From: Eledone cirrhosa | Taxonomy: Eukaryota | NCBI GenBank assembly: GCA_964016885.1 | Contig: OZ024743.1 | Coordinates: 348,068,001 to 348,132,000, forward strand | Length of the DNA: 64,000 nt | Direction: 5' to 3' | Part shown: positions 1-11,560 of the stretch, piece by piece | How positions within the stretch are numbered: position 1 is the stretch's first letter | Layout of the letters: every line of letters begins with the position of its first letter | The notes under the pieces: generated by a model | Told to the model about the DNA's origin: nothing | Databases searched by the model: none | The model's input: the letters and a program-made list of their open reading frames with translations, nothing else | Made by a program: the position numbers and the translations under genes

Positions 1-1781
1 ATTGGTGTTGTTGAAGGTGTCGTTGTTGTTGGCGGTGGGGTTGCCGCCGGTGGTGATGGTAGTGCTAGTGTGGCTGGTGATAGTGTTGGTGGTGATGCTG
101 CTGTAAATCTCTTTGCAGTAGCCTTCACCCTTTTTTCATTTCTTCCCTCCCTTTTCGAAGGCGACGATGCGCTGTTTCTGCGTCTGTGCCTTGTTGCCAC
201 CTTTTGCCATCCCTCTCCCACCTCACACTCCATGTCCGATTCTGTGAGGTCGGGGAGAGGTACCAGCTCCACTCTTTCACTTGTTCTTGTTGGTGATTGT
301 TGCAGTGGAGTCTCTGTTGCAGCTGCAGTTGGTATTGCTGTTGTTGTGGTTAATACTTACACTGCTGCTGCTGTTCTTGATTTCCGTGGCGTGGGTATGG
401 GTATCACGAACCTATCCTTCCTGTTTGCCGCCTGTCCTGTTGCTGGTATCAGTGAAGCCGGTTTTCGAAGGAGGGGGGTTTTCTCCTTTCTCAGGGTCTT
501 CTCATTGCAGAAGGCCCTGAGCTGAGTGTTTGACCCACAACGAAAGCATTTGGGGCGTTTGCCCTCAACACTTATGGGAAGTTGAGTGCCGTTATCGAAG
601 TCTTTCACATCCGGGATAGCTTCCATGCTTTCCTGGTTGGTTTGAATTAACATCTCAATGGAGGCGCCGACCCAATCTTCTCGTACTTTTTTCTGTACTT
701 GCAGTACGGTTGTTTTGTCCTCGATTCCGACGAGGTCAGACGCGGCCAGCCAAGAAGGGGCCATCCCGGGGGGGGGGGGACTTGGGTCAGTCTGACCCTC
801 ACAATGTTTTGCCCGCAGTAGGGGGGCACCAACACCATTTCCTCGCTCCTTAGGGTTACTAAGGATTGAGCCTTTGCCTCCTGGGGTGTGGCAAAAAGCA
901 CGTCCACGGTGGCATATTTCTTGCCTCGGGTGATATGCGTTTTCCGCTGCCACACAGACCCTAAGGATTTTTGTATTTGAGTCTCTGTGTCTCTTTCAAC
1001 CCTACGCGATTTTGTGCTTTCTGTACGGTACGTGACCGTACAGTACTGTTGGGTTTCCAAAAATTCTTCGGCTGCCTTGCTGATTGCTCGGTGTCCGGTT
1101 TTCGTCACCATCTTCCTTGCATCCTGTAATTCCTCATTTGTTATAAGGATGGTTTCCAGATTCTTTGCGATACTTGCAAACGAGATTGGTTTTTCTTTCT
1201 TGTTGTTTTCGTCAGAGCTGCTGTTACTTTTGTTGTTGCTGCTGGTACTAAGACCACCGCCGCCGCCGTTGTTGTTGTTGTTGTTGCTGCTGTTGCCTCT
1301 GCTGCTGCTGCTGGTGGTGTTGTTGCTGTTGTTTCTGCTGCTGTTGTTGTTTATGCTGCTGCTGATGTTGTTGCGGCTGCTACTAGTATTTTCCTCGCCA
1401 CTCTTGCTGCTGCTGCTGTTATTACGGCTGCTGCTGCTGCTATTCTTCATGACGTCAGACGAATGAAATGGCTTTCCATATTTATCGCACACATCTTTCG
1501 TTGTTGTCGTCGTCGTGGAGAAATGTTCCACGGTACGCCTGTTCTCTTGATGAAGAACGCTACGAGAAACTACATTTTTCTTTTTCTTTAATGGCGTCGC
1601 TTGCAAAAGAGGTGACAGTGGCGACACCACATTTAGAGAAGGGAGGGAGAGAGACAATCTTTTCTCTGACGTAATGACGATTGGGGAAGAAGAAGACGGA
1701 AGGAGTGGGAGTGACTTGTGAAAATTCTTTTTTTTAGCCATGTTTTTTTTACGGTTTAAAATGAACATTGGGCACAAATAC
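1..1781 (-). mobile_element. Second (tandem-duplicated) copy of the Tx1-like ORF1 region, running off the window start
   Basis: 1-1781 matches 2759-4539 (period 2758 bp); the ORF track shows identical peptides offset by 2758. Confidence 0.9.
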
Positions 1782-2335
1782 ACATTCGGGTTATCCAGTC
1801 CATACCTGTCAGACAGTTCAAAACGTCTGAGCAGGTTGGTGAGGCTATTGCACCCTCCTCCCCTATCCTCTAGCCCCACACAATCCCAGCGTGCATCGAA
1901 GATACCGTTCCAGTCGCCCACTAACACTAAAGAGCGGGACGTTCCAAGAAAGGTCTCTAGACGTCTGAAGAAATCTGGCCGCCCTCTCCCTGTCGGGGCA
2001 TAGGCGGCTACTAGCCTGAAAGCGTTGCCTTCGGTGCCACTTACATCTAGCACTACCGACTTACCTTCTGGGTCCAAGAAGATGGCCCGTATGGCGAGAC
2101 CCAAGCCTTTTCGAAACAACATAGCCACTCCGCCCCCCGCTCCCGGACTGCTCGGATATGCGTACACCTCGTAACCGTCGAAGATCGGTGCAAAAGCTTG
2201 CGTTTCGGAGATTCTGGTCTCGCTGATGGCACCACATCTATGTTTAGTGACCTGAGGTCGTTTATCAAGTGACCCTGCTTCCAAACCGAGCTCAAGCCAC
2301 GCACGGTTACACTTCCGATCCTGAATACGGTCATG
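1781..2335 (-). pseudogene. APE-type endonuclease N-terminal part of LINE ORF2
   Basis: Motifs xNVRGL-like TVRGL, ISETR, YAP, GDWN; frameshift near 2230; truncated at the duplication junction. Confidence 0.85.
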
Positions 2336-2399
2336 TTGGGTGAGGAACGGGCCAAGTGAGAAAGGATCCTTGATCGTCTGGTGAAGAGACCGTTGAATC

Positions 2400-4499
2400 G
2401 TCCCTTCGGCTGGTCGTCGGCTCTTCTGTGAGTATATCCGAGTATACTCTTCGGTTGTGTGTCCCTCCTAGGTCCCTGAATCAGCAACTGCGTTGGGGAA
2501 TTTCATTTTAATGTTTGTGTATTGTTTCTGTGATATTCTTACCAGTCTTATGTTCGTTGGTGTTTTGATTGGTGCTGGTATTATGTAGTCGTGCTGTGAA
2601 ATATCTGTGAGTTCAATTATGTAAGTCATTAGTTTCTTGTTGCGTGTATTTATTGCTGTGCATTCTTTTTCTAGGGGTGGGGTGTGTTTCTGCTATTTTC
2701 TTGTCGTTGTTACTGGGTGTGTGTGTTTTGTTGTTGTGTTTGCGATGTTGGTGCTTGTATTGGTGTTGTTGAAGGTGTCGTTGTTGTTGGCGGTGGGGTT
2801 GCCGCCGGTGGTGATGGTAGTGCTAGTGTGGCTGGTGATAGTGTTGGTGGTGATGCTGCTGTAAATCTCTTTGCAGTAGCCTTCACCCTTTTTTCATTTC
2901 TTCCCTCCCTTTTCGAAGGCGACGATGCGCTGTTTCTGCGTCTGTGCCTTGTTGCCACCTTTTGCCATCCCTCTCCCACCTCACACTCCATGTCCGATTC
3001 TGTGAGGTCGGGGAGAGGTACCAGCTCCACTCTTTCACTTGTTCTTGTTGGTGATTGTTGCAGTGGAGTCTCTGTTGCAGCTGCAGTTGGTATTGCTGTT
3101 GTTGTGGTTAATACTTACACTGCTGCTGCTGTTCTTGATTTCCGTGGCGTGGGTATGGGTATCACGAACCTATCCTTCCTGTTTGCCGCCTGTCCTGTTG
3201 CTGGTATCAGTGAAGCCGGTTTTCGAAGGAGGGGGGTTTTCTCCTTTCTCAGGGTCTTCTCATTGCAGAAGGCCCTGAGCTGAGTGTTTGACCCACAACG
3301 AAAGCATTTGGGGCGTTTGCCCTCAACACTTATGGGAAGTTGAGTGCCGTTATCGAAGTCTTTCACATCCGGGATAGCTTCCATGCTTTCCTGGTTGGTT
3401 TGAATTAACATCTCAATGGAGGCGCCGACCCAATCTTCTCGTACTTTTTTCTGTACTTGCAGTACGGTTGTTTTGTCCTCGATTCCGACGAGGTCAGACG
3501 CGGCCAGCCAAGAAGGGGCCATCCCGGGGGGGGGGGGACTTGGGTCAGTCTGACCCTCACAATGTTTTGCCCGCAGTAGGGGGGCACCAACACCATTTCC
3601 TCGCTCCTTAGGGTTACTAAGGATTGAGCCTTTGCCTCCTGGGGTGTGGCAAAAAGCACGTCCACGGTGGCATATTTCTTGCCTCGGGTGATATGCGTTT
3701 TCCGCTGCCACACAGACCCTAAGGATTTTTGTATTTGAGTCTCTGTGTCTCTTTCAACCCTACGCGATTTTGTGCTTTCTGTACGGTACGTGACCGTACA
3801 GTACTGTTGGGTTTCCAAAAATTCTTCGGCTGCCTTGCTGATTGCTCGGTGTCCGGTTTTCGTCACCATCTTCCTTGCATCCTGTAATTCCTCATTTGTT
3901 ATAAGGATGGTTTCCAGATTCTTTGCGATACTTGCAAACGAGATTGGTTTTTCTTTCTTGTTGTTTTCGTCAGAGCTGCTGTTACTTTTGTTGTTGCTGC
4001 TGGTACTAAGACCACCGCCGCCGCCGTTGTTGTTGTTGTTGTTGCTGCTGTTGCCTCTGCTGCTGCTGCTGGTGGTGTTGTTGCTGTTGTTTCTGCTGCT
4101 GTTGTTGTTTATGCTGCTGCTGATGTTGTTGCGGCTGCTACTAGTATTTTCCTCGCCACTCTTGCTGCTGCTGCTGTTATTACGGCTGCTGCTGCTGCTA
4201 TTCTTCATGACGTCAGACGAATGAAATGGCTTTCCATATTTATCGCACACATCTTTCGTTGTTGTCGTCGTCGTGGAGAAATGTTCCACGGTACGCCTGT
4301 TCTCTTGATGAAGAACGCTACGAGAAACTACATTTTTCTTTTTCTTTAATGGCGTCGCTTGCAAAAGAGGTGACAGTGGCGACACCACATTTAGAGAAGG
4401 GAGGGAGAGAGACAATCTTTTCTCTGACGTAATGACGATTGGGGAAGAAGAAGACGGAAGGAGTGGGAGTGACTTGTGAAAATTCTTTTTTTTAGCCAT
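2400..4499 (-). pseudogene. Tx1-like ORF1 (gag-like, zinc knuckle), frameshifted
   Basis: The frame switches at the poly-G run ~3526-3538 (QVPPPPG to MAPSWLAAS); the paralog at ~10700 reads QVPPDVPIPWLAAS without a shift. Further stop near 3115; the 3' boundary is approximate. Confidence 0.75.
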
Positions 4500-4714
4500 G
4501 TTTTTTTTACGGTTTAAAATGAACATTGGGCACAAATACCCAATAACTGGTTATTTAATCCCGAAGGGCCAAATAACGGGCAGAAAGACCCCCCTCACGA
4601 GGAGGAGGGTGTCTTTATCTACAATTTGGTTCAAGTTTTAAACAATTTACAATTGTCATAACCGTTAAAATTACAATACCTTACAGAGCCGAGCCTCCGT
4701 CAACCATGGCATTC

Positions 4715-4791
<77 letters not shown>
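4715..4791 (+). repeat. (AAT)n microsatellite
   Basis: Pure AAT run directly visible. Confidence 0.98.
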
Positions 4792-4918
4792 GGGAAGAAG
4801 ACGCACGAGGTGACGGAGGTCATGAAATCGCTCCCGTAAGTTTTGAATTTTTAACATATTTAAATCATTTGTGAAATAACAACTCTTAGTACAAATGCTA
4901 CGTAATATATTGTTATAA

Positions 4919-5578
4919 GGCTCAAATATTCAAATATTCAACTTTGTATTGTACACTGTATATCCAAAAAAAAATGGCTATAAATGGAAGAAGAAGAACC
5001 CCCCCCCCCCTCCTCTCCTCTGGCTACACTATATAGGACAGCTAAACTCACCAACACCAGAAACTAGATACACCGCCCACCCCATCATCTGTGTACACTA
5101 AACACAACAGCATTTTCACCTTCACCGCCACCGCTCACTACGGCCATCATTACCACCACTATCCCATCACCGCCGCCACCACCCCTTGACTCCTTCACTG
5201 CTGCTGCCACCGCTACAGCACCATCACTACAGTAATACGGCTCAAATATTCAAATATTCAACTTTGTATTGTACACTGTATATCCAAAAAAAAAAAATAA
5301 TAAAATAAAATGGCTATAAATGGAAGAAGAAGAACCCCCCCCCCCCCCTCCTCTCCTCTGGCTACACTATATAGGACAGCGAAACTCACCAACACCAGAA
5401 ACTAGATACACCACCCACCCCATCATCTGTGTACACTAAACACAACAGCATTTTCACCTTCACCGCCACCGCTCACTACGGCCATCATTACCACCACTAT
5501 CCCATCACCGCCGCCACCACCCCCTGACTCCTTCACTGCTGCTGCCACCGCTACAGCACCATCACTACAGTAATACGG
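4919..5578 (+). repeat. Tandem duplication, ~320-340-bp unit x2
   Basis: ggctcaaatattcaaatattcaactttg starts at 4919 and 5239; the copies differ mainly in poly-A and poly-C lengths. Confidence 0.9.
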
Positions 5579-5999
5579 TCGCATCACCGCCACCACTGCC
5601 TCGGTATCGACATCACCGCCACCACTGTCTCAGTATCGCCAACGCCGCTAGTCTCTGCTGGCTACCACTTCCACATTATAGAATTCCTACTACTAACAAA
5701 GAGGAAGGCATCAACATATATAGATAGACTCAAAAGAAAAAAGAAAAAACAAACAACAAAAGCAGCACAGCAACAACAGTAAAAAACGAGAAAAACAGAG
5801 AAAAACAAAAACAAAAAATGAAACCCCAAAAACGTAAAGAAAATAAGAATGAAGAGAGAAGCAGGCGGACGGACAGAGAAGAGGGGGGAAAAAGTAAAAC
5901 TTAAAAAACAAAAACTAAGTCAGACATTCGAATACTACATTACAATGAAACTTATGCTTATTCATTTTTGGGGCCCTTTCTGCCCGTGTGTTTGTTTGT

Positions 6000-8900
6000 T
6001 TATGTGTGTCCGTATACAGCGTGGTGATAATGCCACACAAGGGCCAAGTGGGATGGCGGATCCACAGATGGCTATGTAAACATACATTCGCCAATCCTCG
6101 ATAAGAGTGTTTAAATATCGAACATAAACAGTTCGAATAACGGTGAAATGGAGACTAGAACGTCATGTGACAGACTCTCACCCAACAGGTGCCCCCTGGC
6201 TCAGCAGCAGGAACCTGACTGTCAACGAAATACTGCTGATGTTGGAGGAAGAAGAAGAAGGAAAGGGGCCAGAACCAACTGGACGAAAGAATTGAATAGA
6301 ACTGTTATGCAATGCTACCTGAAAAGTAACCCCAAGGAGAGGGGCTACAGGAGACGGATGCATAACATCTGGAACGAGATTGGTTTATTTAAATTAGATG
6401 AACAAAAATTGGCCGGGCAGGCTCGGGTAATAAGAACTAATGGGTGGATAAGCGAGCTGGAACTGGAGGAACTGAGCAGAGAGAATGGCTTGGAGATGGC
6501 GGGTGTAGTATGCCAGACAAGCGAGCCGGCGGGAAATGAAGGTGAGGAGGTCCTGAGAGCGGAGGAACCACCCGAAGCAGACAATGATCTGAATACTGAG
6601 ATAAATAATACCTGGAACAGAGATACGGCCACTGAGGAGATGAATGCTGACGGGCTAGGACAAGATTCGGTTGACATCCTAAATTTAGTGGTAGATGAGT
6701 TGAACAATGATAGTGGGAGACCTATGAACCTAAGATTTGTAGACAGGAAAAAGTTAAAAGAAACAACAGCTAAGGTAAACAAAGTCATCCCATACCTTGA
6801 GGCGAGGAGTCTTCACCAGTGCAACAATGTCCTCAAAGCAACAGCAAATACGGTGAGGAAACTACTTGGTATAAAAGCGAGAGGAAACAACAGACAAGAA
6901 AGAGCAGAGCCGTGGTGGAAGAAGCGACTGAGTGGGCAAATCGGGGAAATGAGAAATGACATAGGAAAGCTTGAGTCACTACTGAATGGGACACTAAAAA
7001 ACATAGGCACTAAAAATAGACTGGAAATAAAATACAAAACTAGGAGTAAAAAGCTAAATATTATCATAGAGGAATTGAAGCAACGCATTGTAGCAAAGAG
7101 TGCCAAAATCAGGCGATACGAGAACAGAGTCAGTCAGTATAAACAGAACCGCATGTTCGACAACAACCAGAAGATGCTGTTTGGACAGCTTGAGGGGAAA
7201 GAAAGAGGCACCGACTTGATCCCTGGGGCGGAACAAGCTAAAACATTCTGGAGAGGAATATGGGAGCAGGATGTTAGACACAATGCCCAGGCAGGGTGGA
7301 TTGAGACAGTACAGAGGGAGATCGGTGAGCAGGCACAGCAACAGACTGATTTGAGTATCACAGTTGAAACTCTTAAGGGGCAAGCCAAAAAACTAACCAA
7401 CTGGAAATCACCAGGCCCAGATGGTGTGCAGGGGTATTGGATTAAACATTTAACATCCCTCCACCCGAAGCTGACGGCCATGTTCAATGACTGCTTGGTG
7501 TCGGGTGAGGTGCCAGAGTGGTTGACAAAAGGTACCACAGTTCTGATAATGAAAGACCGAATCAAGGGTAATGATGTTACCAACTATAGACCTATCACAT
7601 GTCTGCCCGTAATGTGGAAACTGTTGACGAGCATTGTGTCTGAGGAAATCTACCATCACCTCCACACAAACAACTTGTTGCCGGACGAACAGAAAGGATG
7701 CCGAAAGAAGTCACGTGGTACAAAGGACCAGTTGCTTATTGATAAGATGGTAATGGGGAATTGCAGGAGGAGACACACTGATCTTGCCATGGGATGGATG
7801 GACTACAGAAAGGCATTTGACATGGTGCCTCATTCCTGGATCACCAAAAGCCTGGAGATCTTCAGGGTGGCAGATAACATCAGACAGTTGCTGGGCAGGA
7901 GTATGGGGTCCTGGGAGACAGAGTTGACATCAACTGGAGTATCCTTGGGAAGCGTGAAGATCAAGAGAGGTATCTTCCAGGGAGATAGCCTGTCCCCTCT
8001 GTTGTTTGTCCTTGCCCTGATGCCCTTGACCATTATGCTGCGAAAAGTGAGAGCAGGATACAAGTTGGGAAGGGGAGAGCTTACCATCAATCACCTCCTC
8101 TTCATGGACGATCTTAAGCTCTTCGGGAAAAGTGAGAAGGAGTTGGATGTGCTTGTTGACACTGTCCGTATTTTCAGCAGTGATATATGTATGCAGTTTG
8201 GTGTTGGTAAATGTGGAGTCATTGTGATGAGGAGGGGTAGGTTGAGCAGAAGTAACGGGATCCAGATACCAACAGGTGAGATGATAAAGGAAATTGACTC
8301 TGAGGAAGGATACAAGTATTTGGGCGTTCTGGAGGCTGATGGCATAAAGAACAAAAAAATGAAGGAATTGTTAAGAACTGAATACATTCGGAGAGTAAGG
8401 AGCGTATTGAAGTCACATCTGAACAGCAGAAATGCCATAAGCGCAGTAAATTCCCGAGCTGTGTCTATTATTAGGTACAGTGCGGGAATTCTGAGATGGA
8501 ATGTTGCTGAACAAAAAGAAATGGATAGGAAGACTAGGAAGCTATTGACTATCTACAACATGTTCCACAAGAGGAGTGATGTCGATAGACTCTACCTAAG
8601 GAGATCTGAGGGTGGAAGAGGTCTTATCAGCATAGAGGACTGTGTTCGGATGGAGAAAAACAACCTATACAAATACGTGACCTATAGTAAGGAGCCAATG
8701 CTCAGAGCTGTACTGAAGGAGGGGACAGTAGGCCAGGGGATACCCAAGGAGGAAATAACATCAAGGAGGAAGAGCAGCCTTAAGGGAAAATCCCTTCATA
8801 GTACCTACCTTCTTTGAGAAAACTGAATTTAGAGATCCACAGACATGGAACTGGTTGAGAAGAGGAGACCTCAAAAAGGCTACAGAAGGAATGCTAATGG

Positions 8901-9663
8901 CTGCGCAGGAGCAGGCCCTCAAAACGAAGTGGTTGAAGCACCATATCTACAAGGAGGAGGCTAGCCCACTGTGCAGGATCTGTGGAGAGAGAGAGGAGAC
9001 TGTGGCTCACATTGTGTCCGAGTGTAAACACCTAGCCCAGACCCACTATAAGGGCTGGAGACACGATGTGATGGGCAGGGTGATCCACTGGCACCTGTGC
9101 AAAGTAAACAATCTACCACATTCTGAGAAATGGTATGAGCATAGGCCAGAGGCGGTGATGGAGAACAGTCAGGTGAAGGTGCTGTGGGATTTTAGGATAC
9201 AGACGGACAAAAAACTGGAACACAATAGACCTGACCTGGTGGTTGTGGACAAAGAAAAAAGATCGTGCCTGATTGTGGATGTGGCCTGCCCGTTCGACAC
9301 GAGAGTGCAAGAGAAGGAGAGGGAGAAAATTAACCGATACCAGGACCTAAAGTGGGAGGTGAAAAGGATTTGGAACTGCCATGAAGTCAAAGTGATCCCG
9401 ATTGTCATAGGCGCACTGGGGACTATCTCCAAAGGTTTCCAGGGATGGTTAAAGAAAATCGGCCCCTTCACGCTTTTTGGAACGCTTCAAAAGGCATGCT
9501 TGCTTGGAACGGCAAGAACCCTCCGATACGTCCTGAATATCTGAGGCTGCAGGTAGTGGCTTGATATTCAATCCAACGGACTTTCCAGTTAACCAACATC
9601 AATGACTGAGATTCAAGGAATAACAATAACAATAATAATAACAATAATAATAATAATAATAAT
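6000..9663 (+). mobile_element. R4/Dong-like non-LTR retrotransposon (RT + CCHC + restriction-like endonuclease), near full length
   Basis: RT motifs KSPGPDG, YRPITCL, DYRKAFD, IFQGDSLSP, LFMDD, YKYLG; CRIC-x8-H-x4-C; RHD; RPDLVVVD...IVDVACPFD...KINRY. Short 3'UTR and (AAT)n/(AACAAT) tail at 9619-9663. The 5' boundary is approximate. Confidence 0.92.
6148..9544 (+). pseudogene. RT-RLE polyprotein interrupted by one frameshift
   Basis: ORFs 6148-8817 and 8855-9544 join in frame (LHSTFFEKTEFRDPQTWNWLRRGDL) if one copy of the tacc duplication at 8802-8809 is removed. Confidence 0.88.
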
Positions 9664-11540
9664 GGTTTCTTTATTGGACACAAGGGCTAACATGACGAAC
9701 CACATTACAGACGGCACAGAACGGTACAGGACGATACAAAGAGGGTTTTGGCCGTGTAAAAAGTTTATAACAATATATAAATATTAAAAAAATTCAAACA
9801 ACAAAAAATTCCCCAGTAGGGGGGAAACTTCCGAGGGTCACTCGTGGCGAAAACCGCACAAAAAACCACGACCACCCTGACCACCATGGCAAGCGCACTC
9901 TCTCAGTTTTCCACTCCACAGTCTACAGGCGCATACTCAGAGCGGGTCCGCTCACTCGGACCAGACTCGCCACTTTCACCAACCTTTCAACAAACTTACT
10001 AGAAGACAGTACTTGCCTCTCCACTCTAATTTTCCTCTTCAAGTGTAAGTTGAAAAAGTTAATCAGGGTTTGGCCGGAGAGGAATGTGTCTGTCTTCAAC
10101 CCTTTCAACCTTGTCCACCACACAATCTCTTTCGCCATGGCCACAAGGCAGATGAAGTCTGCCTGCCCGTCCTCCTCTTCAAAGGAGGATGGCAGGGCTA
10201 TCTGCACAATGGACCCAGTCGATAACCGGATCCGGAGATGCTTGTGGTGGTGATGGTGATGGTGTGGTGTTGCTGCCACAGCTGCCGCTGCTTTACTTGT
10301 CCGTGGCCTTGGTATGGGTGCCACGGACCTTGCCCTCCTACTCCCCATGGAAGGGTCTCCTGCCTCTGTTGTCTGCCGTCCTCTTGGTAGTAGCGGATCA
10401 GGCGTTGGAAGGAGGGGCCCTCATTGTGGCTGTCTTCTGTGGGCAGAAGGCCCTGAGGTGACCCTTCTGCTCACAGAGATAGCAATTTGTGCGCCTTCAT
10501 TCCACGCTTATAGGGAGTTGGAGCCCTTCTTCGAGGTCTATGATGTCTGGGATGGCCTCGATGCACTCCTGCTCAGTCAGTATTAGCATTGCCATGCCTA
10601 TTCCTGACTAGTTCTCTCTTCCCATTCTCTGTATTTGCAGTATGGTGGTCTTCTCCTCGATTGCAGCCAGTAAAGACGCGGCCAGCCAAGGTATGGGCAC
10701 GTCAGGCGGGACCTGCCTCACTCTGACCCTCCAAATTTTCTGTCCGCAGTAGGAGGGCACCAAGACTATCTCCTCACTCTTTAGGGTTTCCAAAGTGTAA
10801 GACTTCACCGCTTGGGGGGTGGCGAAAAGTACGTCTACTGACGCGTACTTTCTGCCTCGGGTGATGTGGATTTTGCGCGCCCAGACGCACCCAAAGGCCT
10901 TTTGGATATGAGCCTCCTAGCTCTCTCCACTCGATGTGACATTTTGCTTAAGGTGCGGTAAGTCACCGTCCGTAGCTGCTGGTCCTTGAAAAAATCGGGT
11001 GGAGGTTTCAGGGAAACTCTATTGGCGTTTATTGTCACCATGGCCCTTGCCTCTGCCATCTCCTCCTCTGTGACTAACAATGTTTCAATATTTCGGGCCA
11101 CACCTGCTAAAGAAGTGGTCCCTTTTTCAGCGGCACCACTATTGCTGCCGCTACTGGTCCTGCTGGTGGTGCTGAGATCGTTGTTACAGGTATCGATGTC
11201 ATTGTTGATGTTTTCGTTGGTACTGTTGTTGCTGTTGTTGTTTTCGTTGATACCGTTGCTGTTGTTACTGTTATTGTGGCTGTTGTTATTATTGTTGTTT
11301 TTGTTGATACTGTTCCTATTATTATTGTTGTTGTGGCTGTTGTTATTGTCATTGATATTGTCGTTCTTGACCTTACCGCTGTTATTTTTGTTGTTGCTGT
11401 TGTTATTGTTGGTGTTGTTGTTGGTGTTATCGTTGGTGTTGTTGGTGTTGCTTGTGTTGTTTGTTGTAATTTTAATTGTGTAACAATATCATTAAAAAGT
11501 ATATTGTTCCTCTTTTCCTTCGTAATATTTTCTTTTAAAT
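9664..11540 (-). mobile_element. Internally deleted Tx1-like element (decayed ORF1 joined to last ~100 codons of ORF2 and 3'UTR)
   Basis: ORF1 homology to the 2400-4499 copy (VLVPSYCGQKIWRVRV, WLAASL). ORF2 C-terminus AKEIVWWTRLKGLKTDTF...SMRL. Minus-strand AATAAA then (ATT)n tail at 9664. Confidence 0.8.
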
Positions 11541-11560
11541 AATAATAATAATAATAGTAA

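Larger units (their letters stand above)
1781..4714 (-). mobile_element. Tx1/L1-like LINE, 5' part (5'UTR, ORF1, start of ORF2 APE endonuclease), 3'-truncated
   Basis: ORF1 has a knuckle-like CFRCGSNTQLRAFC and Asn/Ser low-complexity. ORF2 starts MTVFRIGSVTVRGL...AISETR...AAYAP...LVGDWN (APE motifs). The 5' end abuts (AAT)n at 4715. Confidence 0.85.

Noticed and set aside
5960-6140. HDV-like ribozyme at the Dong-like 5' end
   Set aside because: Could not assemble P1-P4 by eye.
987-11483. Leu/Val-rich 'membrane protein' ORFs on + (987-1466, 3745-4224, 10986-11483)
   Set aside because: Antisense reading of the AAC/AGC repeats in Tx1 ORF1.
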